A stretch of 32,000 nt of DNA, taken from positions 360,001 to 392,000 of the forward strand of contig NC_006512.1 in NCBI RefSeq assembly GCF_000008465.1. Direction: 5' to 3'. Made by a program: the position numbers and the translations under genes. The notes beneath the pieces are model-generated. The model made no database searches. It had not been told where the DNA came from and was given only the letters and a program-made list of their open reading frames with translations. Origin of the DNA: Idiomarina loihiensis L2TR (GTDB taxonomy: Bacteria; Pseudomonadota; Gammaproteobacteria; Enterobacterales; Alteromonadaceae). The first letter of the stretch is position 1. Every line of letters starts with the position of its first letter. Positions 11,727 to 18,608 of the stretch are shown in pieces.

Positions 11727-11735
11727 TGGTACAAT
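11727..11735 (+). promoter_or_regulatory. Candidate extended -10 promoter for the MFS gene
   Basis: TGgTACAAT lies 42 nt upstream of the ATG in the uvrA/MFS divergent region. No good -35. Confidence 0.3.
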
Positions 11736-11776
11736 AACGGCATCATTTATCATGTTACTGATATAAAAGCAGTGAA

Positions 11777-13153
11777 ATGACGCCTCAAAAATTAAATAAA
11801 ACAGAGAAAAAAGCCGCTTTAGCGCTAGCGTCCGTCTTTGGTATACGGATGTTAGGGCTGTTTTTGATCATGCCAGTTTTAGCGGTTTATGCACAAGACT
11901 ACCCTGACTACTCACCGCTGTGGGTCGGAATTGCTCTGGGTGCCTACGGTCTGACACAGGCATTATTGCAAATTCCGTTAGGTATGCTGTCTGACCGTCT
12001 TGGCCGAAAGCCAGTTATTGTCGGTGGCTTGCTGGTCTTTATTCTCGGTAGTGTGGTGGCAGCTCAGGCGGATACTCTATTCGGTGTCTCCATTGGTCGG
12101 GCGCTACAGGGGCTGGGCGCTATTGCGGCGGCTATTTTGGCGCTGGCAGCTGATTTGTCGCGAGACGAGCAGCGACCGAAAGTGATGGCCACTATTGGTA
12201 TGTGTATTGGTCTGGCGTTCGCTATTTCATTGGTAGCCGGACCTTTATTGGGCAATATTATCGGTCTTTCGGGTTTGTTCTGGTTTACCGCCGCCAGTGG
12301 TGTTCTGGGCATTCTGGTGCTGTTGCTAAGCGTCCCCAAAGTGGTGACAACATCTGCCAGGCGTGAATCTTTACCCGTGTTGTCAGAACTGGGGCACTTG
12401 CTTAAGCATAAGCAACTGTGGTGCCTGAATAGCGGTATTTTTGTGCTACATGCCATTTTAACGGCATGGTTTGTGACTTTACCCATGCAACTGCAAAATG
12501 CAGGTTTTGAAAGTCAGACCCACGCCTGGTTCTACTTACCCACGCTGGCCGCGTCCATTTTGTTCATGGTGCCAATGATTATCAGCAGTTCGCGTAATAA
12601 TAATTCCGTGCAGTGGCTGCGGTTTTCTATTGTCGTCTTAATTGTCGCACTACTCATTATTGCCGTAGCAGGGCAAAACCCCTGGCTGCTGGTTGCTGCT
12701 CTGGTCATATTTTTCACGGGCTTTAACTTTATTGAAGCCAGTTTGCCGTCGTTACTTACCCGAGTTGCTCCGGCGGGGAGCAAAGGCAGTGCCAGTGGTA
12801 TTTACTCAACTGGTCAGTTTCTGGGGTCTTTTGTCGGTGGGGTAGCTGGCGGCTCAGTCTTACAGTTTTTTGGGATATCTGGCGTTGTTGTTTTCTGCCT
12901 GATCTTGCTAGTATGTTGGTTGCTAATCAGTTTAGTCATGGTTAACCCCGCAGGTGTCACGAGCGTGTCGTTATCATTGCCCGGGTTAACTGAAAGCAAG
13001 GCTACCAAGCTAAGTGAGCAGTTACTTACCGTAACGGGTGTTACGGAAGCAAGATGGGTTGAAGAAGATCAGGCCACTTACTTAAAAGTTGATAAAAAAC
13101 ATTACGATGAAAAGGCGGTTAATCAGTTGCTTAAAGAAGCATCGGTCGCTTAA
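11777..13153 (+). CDS. yajR: MFS transporter of the YajR type with C-terminal YAM domain
   Basis: 12-TM MFS with motif A GMLSDRLGRKPVIVGG. The soluble C-terminal tail of about 66 aa (nt 12953-13150) has an alternating pattern consistent with the ferredoxin-like YAM domain of E. coli YajR. Length is similar (458 vs 454 aa). Confidence 0.8.
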   Translation: MTPQKLNKTEKKAALALASVFGIRMLGLFLIMPVLAVYAQDYPDYSPLWVGIALGAYGLTQALLQIPLGMLSDRLGRKPVIVGGLLVFILGSVVAAQADTLFGVSIGRALQGLGAIAAAILALAADLSRDEQRPKVMATIGMCIGLAFAISLVAGPLLGNIIGLSGLFWFTAASGVLGILVLLLSVPKVVTTSARRESLPVLSELGHLLKHKQLWCLNSGIFVLHAILTAWFVTLPMQLQNAGFESQTHAWFYLPTLAASILFMVPMIISSSRNNNSVQWLRFSIVVLIVALLIIAVAGQNPWLLVAALVIFFTGFNFIEASLPSLLTRVAPAGSKGSASGIYSTGQFLGSFVGGVAGGSVLQFFGISGVVVFCLILLVCWLLISLVMVNPAGVTSVSLSLPGLTESKATKLSEQLLTVTGVTEARWVEEDQATYLKVDKKHYDEKAVNQLLKEASVA

Positions 13154-13197
13154 TAATTTGAAGCAGTTGTAACGCGTACAAGGAACAGGAGAATCTA

Positions 13198-13758
13198 ATG
13201 GCCAGTCGCGGTGTAAATAAAGTAATTTTAATTGGTAATTTGGGCGCTGACCCAGAGGTTCGTTATACCCAAAACAGCACAGCGATAGCCAACCTGTCGA
13301 TTGCTACCAGCGAAACCTGGAAAGACAAGCAAACAGGCGAACCGCGCGAACAAACCGAATGGCACCGTTGTGTGGCTTATCGTCGCTTAGCTGAAATTGC
13401 CGGTGAGTACCTGAAAAAGGGCTCTAAAGTTTATGTTGAAGGGCGTTTGCAAACGCGTAAATGGACAGGCCAGGACAACGTAGAGCGTTACACGACAGAA
13501 GTGGTCATTAACGAAATGCAAATGCTGGATTCTCGTGGCGGCCCGCAGGGTGGTGCTCCACAACAAGGCCAGGGTTTTGGTGGCGGTCAGCAGCAAGGCG
13601 GTGGTTACGGTGGTGGTCAACCACAACAGCAATCACAGCAACAACAGCGTCCTGCGCCTCAGCCAGCGCAGCAGCAAAATCAACAGTCACAACAAAAACC
13701 GGCAGAACCCGCGCCGTTTTCACCTGACAACGACTTTGATGACGATATTCCGTTCTAG
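13198..13758 (+). CDS. ssb: Single-stranded DNA-binding protein
   Basis: The OB-fold N-terminus is [24 protein letters not shown]...TEWHR. A G/Q/P-rich linker follows. The acidic tip is [13 protein letters not shown] Shine-Dalgarno upstream. Confidence 0.97.
   Translation: MASRGVNKVILIGNLGADPEVRYTQNSTAIANLSIATSETWKDKQTGEPREQTEWHRCVAYRRLAEIAGEYLKKGSKVYVEGRLQTRKWTGQDNVERYTTEVVINEMQMLDSRGGPQGGAPQQGQGFGGGQQQGGGYGGGQPQQQSQQQQRPAPQPAQQQNQQSQQKPAEPAPFSPDNDFDDDIPF
13534..13725 (+). repeat. Low-complexity CAG/CAA/GGT-rich coding tract (SSB intrinsically disordered linker)
   Basis: Encodes [53 protein letters not shown]. It generates spurious ORFs in other frames. Confidence 0.8.
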
Positions 13759-13808
13759 TTTGCCGAGTATAGGATTTACCCGCTCGGGTATCTGTATCAT
13801 GTGAAAAA

Positions 13809-13834
13809 AGCCCCTTTTGCAGGGGCTTTTTTTG
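13809..13834 (+). terminator. Rho-independent terminator after ssb
   Basis: AGCCCCT (13809-13815), loop TTTGC, AGGGGCT (13821-13827), then a T7 run. Confidence 0.8.
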
Positions 13835-13871
13835 TATCTAATTTTTAGCTCAAACCTATCGCTATTTTCAT

Positions 13872-13919
13872 TTTAGTTAGCACGCTAAGTTTGTTATTAT
13901 ACTTAGCGTGCTAACTAAA
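13872..13919. promoter_or_regulatory. Operator/promoter of the MarR-efflux operon
   Basis: Arms TTAGTTAGCACGCTAAGT (13873-13890) and ACTTAGCGTGCTAACTAA (13901-13918) are exact reverse complements, extendable by 1 bp to 19 bp, with a 10-bp spacer. Each arm contains its own TTAGC-NN-GCTAA palindrome. The spacer carries a -10-like TATTAT (13895-13900). Confidence 0.6.
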
Positions 13920-13928
13920 GAGGTTGTT

Positions 13929-14417
13929 ATGACATTAACACAAGAACAGCTCAGACAGTTATCTGTACCTGAACGACTCGGTCGCGTTGCGCGTCAGTGG
14001 CAGGCTATTGCGGATAAGGAACTGGCGCCGCTGGGGTTAACCTACCCGCGCTGGAGTGCTATGTGGAAACTGGCACGTATTGGTGATGGTGTCAGTCAAA
14101 AGCAGCTTGCCGAAGCGCTTGAATTAGAACTTGGTTCACTTATGCGCACGCTGGCGCAGTTGGAGGAGCAAGAGCTGATTACGCGCAAGGCAAGCCCGGA
14201 CGACGGCCGTGCTAAGCAGGTGTTTTTAACGAATTCAGGTCATGCTCTGGTTAAAAAAATGGAAGCGAAAATTCTAAAAGTAAGAAGGGCGTTGCTGGCC
14301 AATATTGAAGATGAAGAAATTGAAACGGTTAAGAAGGTTCTGGCGATGATTTCATACAATGCGAATCATATGTCTGAAGCTCAGAAACTTGACCAAAATA
14401 ATGAGGAAGAGGTATGA
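13929..14417 (+). CDS. MarR-family transcriptional regulator
   Basis: Winged-HTH segment SQKQLAEALELELGSLMRTLAQLEEQELITRKASPDDGRAKQVFLT. ATG 13929 is preferred (AGAGG 6 nt upstream). The ORF-track GTG at 13908 lies inside the operator palindrome. Confidence 0.85.
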   Translation: MTLTQEQLRQLSVPERLGRVARQWQAIADKELAPLGLTYPRWSAMWKLARIGDGVSQKQLAEALELELGSLMRTLAQLEEQELITRKASPDDGRAKQVFLTNSGHALVKKMEAKILKVRRALLANIEDEEIETVKKVLAMISYNANHMSEAQKLDQNNEEEV

Positions 14418-15475
14418 CCGCAGACGAAAAGTTTGCCCGTTGGGTTAAGCGGGCGCTGGTACTATTCGTACTCGTATTTGCCTATTTTCTGTGGGCCGAC
14501 TTGAGCCTGCCGCTGACTCCACAGGCAATGGTAACCCGGGTGGTGACTCAGGTCGCACCGCAGGTGAATGGTACTGTAGAGAAAGTCTTGGTTAATAATA
14601 ACCAGTATGTTGAAGAGGGCGAGCCATTATTTAAAATCGACCCGCGACCTTATCAACTGCAATTACAGCAAGCAGAGCTGGCAATGGCTCAGGCGCAACA
14701 GTCAAACCAGCAGTTTGATGCCCAAATTCGAACTGCCCAGGCAAAGATAAAATCAGCACAGGCAACAGCTCAAGAGCTTAGCCGTGAGGCCCGTCGCATT
14801 AAAGATCTGGTGGAAGATGGCAGTTCGTCGCAGCAGGCATTTGACCGTGCGCAGAGCAGTAAGTTAGAGGCTCTGGCAAATGTTGAAGCTGCCCAGTCAC
14901 AGCTACAGAGCTTAAAAGTGCAGCGAGGTGCCGAGGACGATGCAAACAACTTACTTATTCAACAAGCTAAAAATGCGATAGAAACGGCGAAGCTTAACTT
15001 AAGCTACACCACCGTGCGTGCGAAACATGCCGGACGTGTCGGCAATCTAAAGCTCAGCGAAGGGGCTTATGCCCGTCAAGGCACGCCGCTAATGGCTCTA
15101 GTCTCACCCAATGCCGACATTATTGCGGATTTTCGGGAGAAGAATTTACGAAACATAGAATCTGGCCAACAGGCTCTCGTGGTATTTGATGCCGAACCTG
15201 GCACGCTTTACGAGGCTAAAGTGGAAAGCATTGATGCCGGTGTTAACGCGGGTCAGTTAAGTGCCGACGGAGCCTTAGCAGCACCGGTTAACTCAAACCG
15301 GTGGGTACGTGACGCGCAGCGACTTCGGGTGCATTTGCGTTTAACGGAGAAACCGGATTCAGAGCGTCCGGCCGGAGCAAAGGCTACAGTGCAGATAGTT
15401 CCTGAAGGAAGCTTTAAAGCCGCTATCGCGAAAGCGCAAATTCGGTTGCTGGGCTGGTTGCACTACATTTATTGA
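14414..15475 (+). CDS. HlyD/EmrA/AaeA-type membrane fusion (periplasmic adaptor) protein
   Basis: An N-terminal TM anchor is followed by the lipoyl-like motif VAPQVNGTVEKVLV...GEPLFKIDPRPY. A long Q/A-rich coiled coil and a beta-barrel segment follow. The ATGA start/stop overlap with the MarR gene suggests translational coupling. Confidence 0.85.
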   Translation: MTADEKFARWVKRALVLFVLVFAYFLWADLSLPLTPQAMVTRVVTQVAPQVNGTVEKVLVNNNQYVEEGEPLFKIDPRPYQLQLQQAELAMAQAQQSNQQFDAQIRTAQAKIKSAQATAQELSREARRIKDLVEDGSSSQQAFDRAQSSKLEALANVEAAQSQLQSLKVQRGAEDDANNLLIQQAKNAIETAKLNLSYTTVRAKHAGRVGNLKLSEGAYARQGTPLMALVSPNADIIADFREKNLRNIESGQQALVVFDAEPGTLYEAKVESIDAGVNAGQLSADGALAAPVNSNRWVRDAQRLRVHLRLTEKPDSERPAGAKATVQIVPEGSFKAAIAKAQIRLLGWLHYIY

Positions 15476-15488
15476 TCAGGAAGGGACT

Positions 15489-16517
15489 ATGGCAACTTCT
15501 GCCTTGAGTGAAAACGGCCTACGGCAATGCTTACGAATAGCCTTTGGTGGCTCCATCGGCTTTTTGGTCACGGCGCTATTTGACTTGTCTTATGGCGTGT
15601 TTTTTACCGTCTTACCAATGCTGCTACTGGGCTTAGTGCCAATGATAAACCGACAAGTCGCCCGGCAAATACTTGCGGCGTCGGTTATGTGCGGATTGGA
15701 AGTAGGTATTCTGGCGCAGATACTGGGCGGACATTCAGTATTAATGACAATGGCCGCCTTTGTCTTATTTCTGTATCGGTTTGCTTTTATGGCGCGCGGC
15801 ACGGCGTTCCTGTTCGGCGCAAATGGTGTGCTGATGCTGAGCATTATGCTGCATTACGCCAGTTATCCGGGCACCGACGTTAATAACTTAATAGCCAGTA
15901 ACTTCTTTGCATCGATACTGGCAATAGCCATTGCCTTTGTTATGCATGCGATGATACCCAATAAAGAGCAGAATGCGTCACCACCGGCCTTGCCAGATAA
16001 GTCACCTAACCGTGTGCGCCACGAAGCTATTTTGGGCGCTACGGTGACAACCCTGTCGTTTTTGGTGTTTCAGCTGTTTGATTTACAGGATTCTATTTCC
16101 GCGCAGGCCACAACCATTTTGGTGCTATTTCCCATGAATTGGAACGGGGCATTAACTTACGCGCGTAAGCGAGCGGCAGGAACTCTAATTGGTGTTATGT
16201 TTGGTCTTGGTGTGCAGCTTCTGCTGTACGGTTGGTATGACATACTGTGGTTGATTGTGCCGTTGTTCTGGCTTGGGGTGATGTTGTTTGCCCGCATTCA
16301 TGTCCTTGAAGCTTCGGGAGCCGGGGTGGGTTTTGGGGCAATGACGACGATGGGCATTCTTTTCGGTCAATATTTGTCGCCGGCACAAGACTTGGTGTAT
16401 TCCGGACTGTATCGTCTGAGCAGTACTTTTGTAGCAATTATTGCGGCTATGATGGTGTGCTATTTGGTGCACAAACTCTTGAATCAGTTTGCGGGAACGC
16501 GATTTGGCGCTGCTTAA
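15489..16517 (+). CDS. Polytopic inner-membrane protein, FUSC/AaeB-like but lacking soluble domains (putative efflux component)
   Basis: About 12 predicted TM segments in two 6-TM halves, separated by the hydrophilic loop PNKEQNASPPALPDKSPNRVRHE. Operon position after an AaeA-like adaptor. Family assignment rests on architecture and context, not on a search. Confidence 0.6.
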   Translation: MATSALSENGLRQCLRIAFGGSIGFLVTALFDLSYGVFFTVLPMLLLGLVPMINRQVARQILAASVMCGLEVGILAQILGGHSVLMTMAAFVLFLYRFAFMARGTAFLFGANGVLMLSIMLHYASYPGTDVNNLIASNFFASILAIAIAFVMHAMIPNKEQNASPPALPDKSPNRVRHEAILGATVTTLSFLVFQLFDLQDSISAQATTILVLFPMNWNGALTYARKRAAGTLIGVMFGLGVQLLLYGWYDILWLIVPLFWLGVMLFARIHVLEASGAGVGFGAMTTMGILFGQYLSPAQDLVYSGLYRLSSTFVAIIAAMMVCYLVHKLLNQFAGTRFGAA

Positions 16518-16542
16518 AATTGATATCCACAGTGGCTGGAAG

Positions 16543-16572
16543 AGCATGCAGCCAATTAATCAGCTGCATGCT
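16543..16572. terminator. Hairpin between convergent genes, possible bidirectional terminator
   Basis: AGCATGCAGC (16543-16552), 10-nt loop, GCTGCATGCT (16563-16572). A perfect 10-bp stem, but only a weak T tract. Confidence 0.45.
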
Positions 16573-16606
16573 TGTCTAAAATATCTAAACTCGAACGGTT
16601 CTTTAT

Positions 16607-17839
16607 TTAGCTGGCGTCGCTTAGCCCAAACTGCTTAACCACCTTGTCGAAATACTCCAGGTTTTGCTTAGCGTAATCACGCTTTTCTACATAGCGACCC
16701 GGGAAGAAGTTCTTCTTAAAGCCGTAGGCGACAATGTCCTTCAGGCGCTTCAGAGAAATATCAAAATTATCCACAGCTAACTGATATTCGTTGCTGACCG
16801 TGGTACGAGAAACCAAACGGTTATCGGTACAAATAATGGTAGCTAAGCGGTTATCCAGCATATGCTGGAAATTGTGGTTTTTAATGTCGCCAATATCCGG
16901 GTTAGTTTGCAGGTTACTGGTCAGGCAAACTTCAACGGCAATACGACGGTCAGCAATATAAGAGGCCAGGCTTTCACCATAAGCTTTAGGGTCTTCAATA
17001 GACGGATCCTGAGTCATTTCAGGAGAGAATAACGAATAACCATGACCTAAGCGGTCGGCATGGCACTTGGTCAAGGCTTCAAAAATGCTCTCAGCACCGT
17101 AAGCTTCTCCTGCGTGCACGGTTTTCAGCAGAAAGTTTTCGTGTGCGTATTCGTATACTTCTTTGAACTCACCTGCCGGGTAGCCAATTTCCTGACCGGC
17201 AATATCCAGTCCGACAATTGGCATACCTTCTTCGTCACGCATACGAACGCTGGCGCGAACCAAATCCATTGCAGCCGTTTTAATAACCTGCATAGGTTCA
17301 AAATCGCGCATTAACTGGAACATTTGTGTGTAATAAGGGGAGAACCCTTTTTTACCAAACATCCGCATGGCGCAGTTGATAATGCCGTAGTCAAATGGTG
17401 GCTTATCGCCGTTTTTAACGTCTGCGCGGTTGTTGTACTCTTTCTTTGCGCGCAAAAGGCCGTCGTTTACTACGTGCATTATGGTGTCAAAAGTAACCCC
17501 TTTACCCGGGTCCATGAGTAGCTGAGGAGCAAAGCGTACCTCAATGTAATTCACCCCTTCGTTTTGATTATCGACGGCTAATTCATAAGAAGCTTGTTCC
17601 AGGTTTTCCAAATCACGCAAAGCGGCACAGGTATACTGAAACCCATTTAGGTATTCACCCAAATTGTTGTAATGCGATTTAAACACCAGATCAAACAGGC
17701 CTTCTTCGGTATAGCTCGGAAGTTCGATATCAGCGCGCTTAGCCATATCAATTAAGCTGCTGGCACGAAGGCTGCCATCAAGGTGCAAGTGTAAGTCAGC
17801 TTTAGGAATGGCTTTGATAAATTCGGGGGAATATTGCAT
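16607..17839 (-). CDS. Adenosine/AMP-deaminase-superfamily metallohydrolase, long form (about 410 aa)
   Basis: HLHLDGS (metal HxH), TVHAGE, DRLGHG, VEVCLTSNLQT and a C-terminal ICTDN motif. The start is set at ATG 17839 (MQYSPEF..., AGGAG 7 nt upstream) rather than the ORF-track start at 17881. Confidence 0.85.
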   Translation of the reverse strand: MQYSPEFIKAIPKADLHLHLDGSLRASSLIDMAKRADIELPSYTEEGLFDLVFKSHYNNLGEYLNGFQYTCAALRDLENLEQASYELAVDNQNEGVNYIEVRFAPQLLMDPGKGVTFDTIMHVVNDGLLRAKKEYNNRADVKNGDKPPFDYGIINCAMRMFGKKGFSPYYTQMFQLMRDFEPMQVIKTAAMDLVRASVRMRDEEGMPIVGLDIAGQEIGYPAGEFKEVYEYAHENFLLKTVHAGEAYGAESIFEALTKCHADRLGHGYSLFSPEMTQDPSIEDPKAYGESLASYIADRRIAVEVCLTSNLQTNPDIGDIKNHNFQHMLDNRLATIICTDNRLVSRTTVSNEYQLAVDNFDISLKRLKDIVAYGFKKNFFPGRYVEKRDYAKQNLEYFDKVVKQFGLSDAS

Positions 17840-17888
17840 AGAGAACTCCTGCCTTAAGGTTGCTTTGTCCCATAATGCCATAAAATCG

Positions 17889-17897
17889 TGCTAATCT
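17889..17897 (+). promoter_or_regulatory. Candidate extended -10 promoter for tdk
   Basis: TGcTAATCT lies about 45 nt upstream of the tdk ATG. No clear -35. Confidence 0.25.
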
Positions 17898-17940
17898 CTG
17901 CCAGGATCTGACCACATTAACTTAAAAAAAATAGAACAAA

Positions 17941-18522
17941 ATGGCTTCTTTATATTTCACTTACTCGGCAATGAATGCAGGCAAAAGTACGTCGTTATTG
18001 CAAGTGGCGCACAATTACGAAGAGCGCCAACAACATGTCCTGCTAATGACGCCGGCTTTAGATGATCGGGCAGGTAAAGGACGTATTGCTTCCCGATTAG
18101 GAATTGGTCGCGATGCGGTGTCTTTCACACACCGGACAGATTTAGCTGCCGTAGTCCGGGCTCGCTACATGCAACAGGCAATTGACTGTGTGTTAATTGA
18201 TGAGGCGCAGTTTTTAAGTGAAGAGCAGGTGTGGCAACTGTCCAGTCTGGCTGACACCGACAATATTCCGGTAATGTGTTACGGCATCCGCACCGACGCT
18301 TTTGGCAACGCCTTTCCGGGTAGTGCGGTGTTGTTGGCTATAGCCGACAAACTGGTGGAAATGAAAACCATCTGCCACTGCGGTCGCAAAGCGACCATGT
18401 CATTGCGGGTTGACGAGCAGGGAAATGCAATACGTATGGGACAGCAAATAGCTATTGGTGGCAATGATCGTTACGTTTCCTGTTGTCGTAAACACTGGAA
18501 AGAAGCCATGGGGCTGCGCTAA
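17941..18522 (+). CDS. tdk: Thymidine kinase
   Basis: LYFTYSAMNAGKSTSLLQ P-loop, VLIDEAQF, and zinc-site cysteines in CHCGRKA...CCRKH. 193 aa and collinear with E. coli Tdk. Confidence 0.95.
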   Translation: MASLYFTYSAMNAGKSTSLLQVAHNYEERQQHVLLMTPALDDRAGKGRIASRLGIGRDAVSFTHRTDLAAVVRARYMQQAIDCVLIDEAQFLSEEQVWQLSSLADTDNIPVMCYGIRTDAFGNAFPGSAVLLAIADKLVEMKTICHCGRKATMSLRVDEQGNAIRMGQQIAIGGNDRYVSCCRKHWKEAMGLR

Positions 18523-18569
18523 AACGGTCAAATAGAGTACGGAATATGGGTTTTAGCGAAGGCACTTGA

Positions 18570-18578
18570 TGGTATACT
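18570..18578 (+). promoter_or_regulatory. Candidate extended -10 promoter for pyrC
   Basis: TGgTATACT lies about 30 nt upstream of the pyrC ATG. Confidence 0.3.
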
Positions 18579-18608
18579 GAGTTTCTCATTTTTTAGCCAG
18601 AAGTGACT

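Noticed and set aside
12064-12486. 140-aa ORF antisense to the MFS transporter. Similar antisense or alternate-frame ORFs occur at 446-628, 1372-1611, 3120-3311, 4437-4655, 5724-6501, 8058-8309, 9234-10939, 15590-16547, 17060-17521, 18279-19575, 23370-23795, 24154-25813, 26516-26905, 27339-27677, 27903-28560, 29002-29604 and 30764-30985.
   Set aside because: All lie entirely within strongly supported conserved genes on the other strand or frame. Their products are low-complexity or Arg/Ser/Cys-rich, and they lack Shine-Dalgarno sequences. This is typical shadow-ORF noise.
13387-13804. Three overlapping ORFs (13387-13632 -, 13508-13723 -, 13535-13804 +) in the ssb 3' half.
   Set aside because: They are artefacts of the CAG/CAA/GGT low-complexity tract encoding the SSB linker. 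Repeats of this kind stay open in several frames.
17840-17881. Longer ORF-track N-terminal extensions: ADA from 17881, MarR from GTG 13908, pyrC from GTG 18603, mshJ from 21163, mshN from 24757, mshF from 28828, mshA from TTG 29996, mshD from 30970.
   Set aside because: In each case an internal ATG has a proper Shine-Dalgarno or a start/stop overlap with the upstream gene. That ATG also yields the expected N-terminus (prepilin leader, HxH motif spacing, PyrC alignment). The extensions overlap upstream genes or the operator palindrome.
17840-17940. Possible add-type adenine riboswitch upstream of the adenosine-deaminase-family gene, as in the Vibrio vulnificus add gene.
   Set aside because: I read the minus-strand leader (tttgttctatttttttttaagttaatgtggtcagatcctggcagagattagcacgattttatggcattatgggacaaagcaaccttaaggcaggagttctctATG). 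It lacks the conserved purine-riboswitch junctions (UAUAAU core, paired L2/L3 loops) and has no three-way-junction potential. The leader is also too short once a promoter is accommodated.
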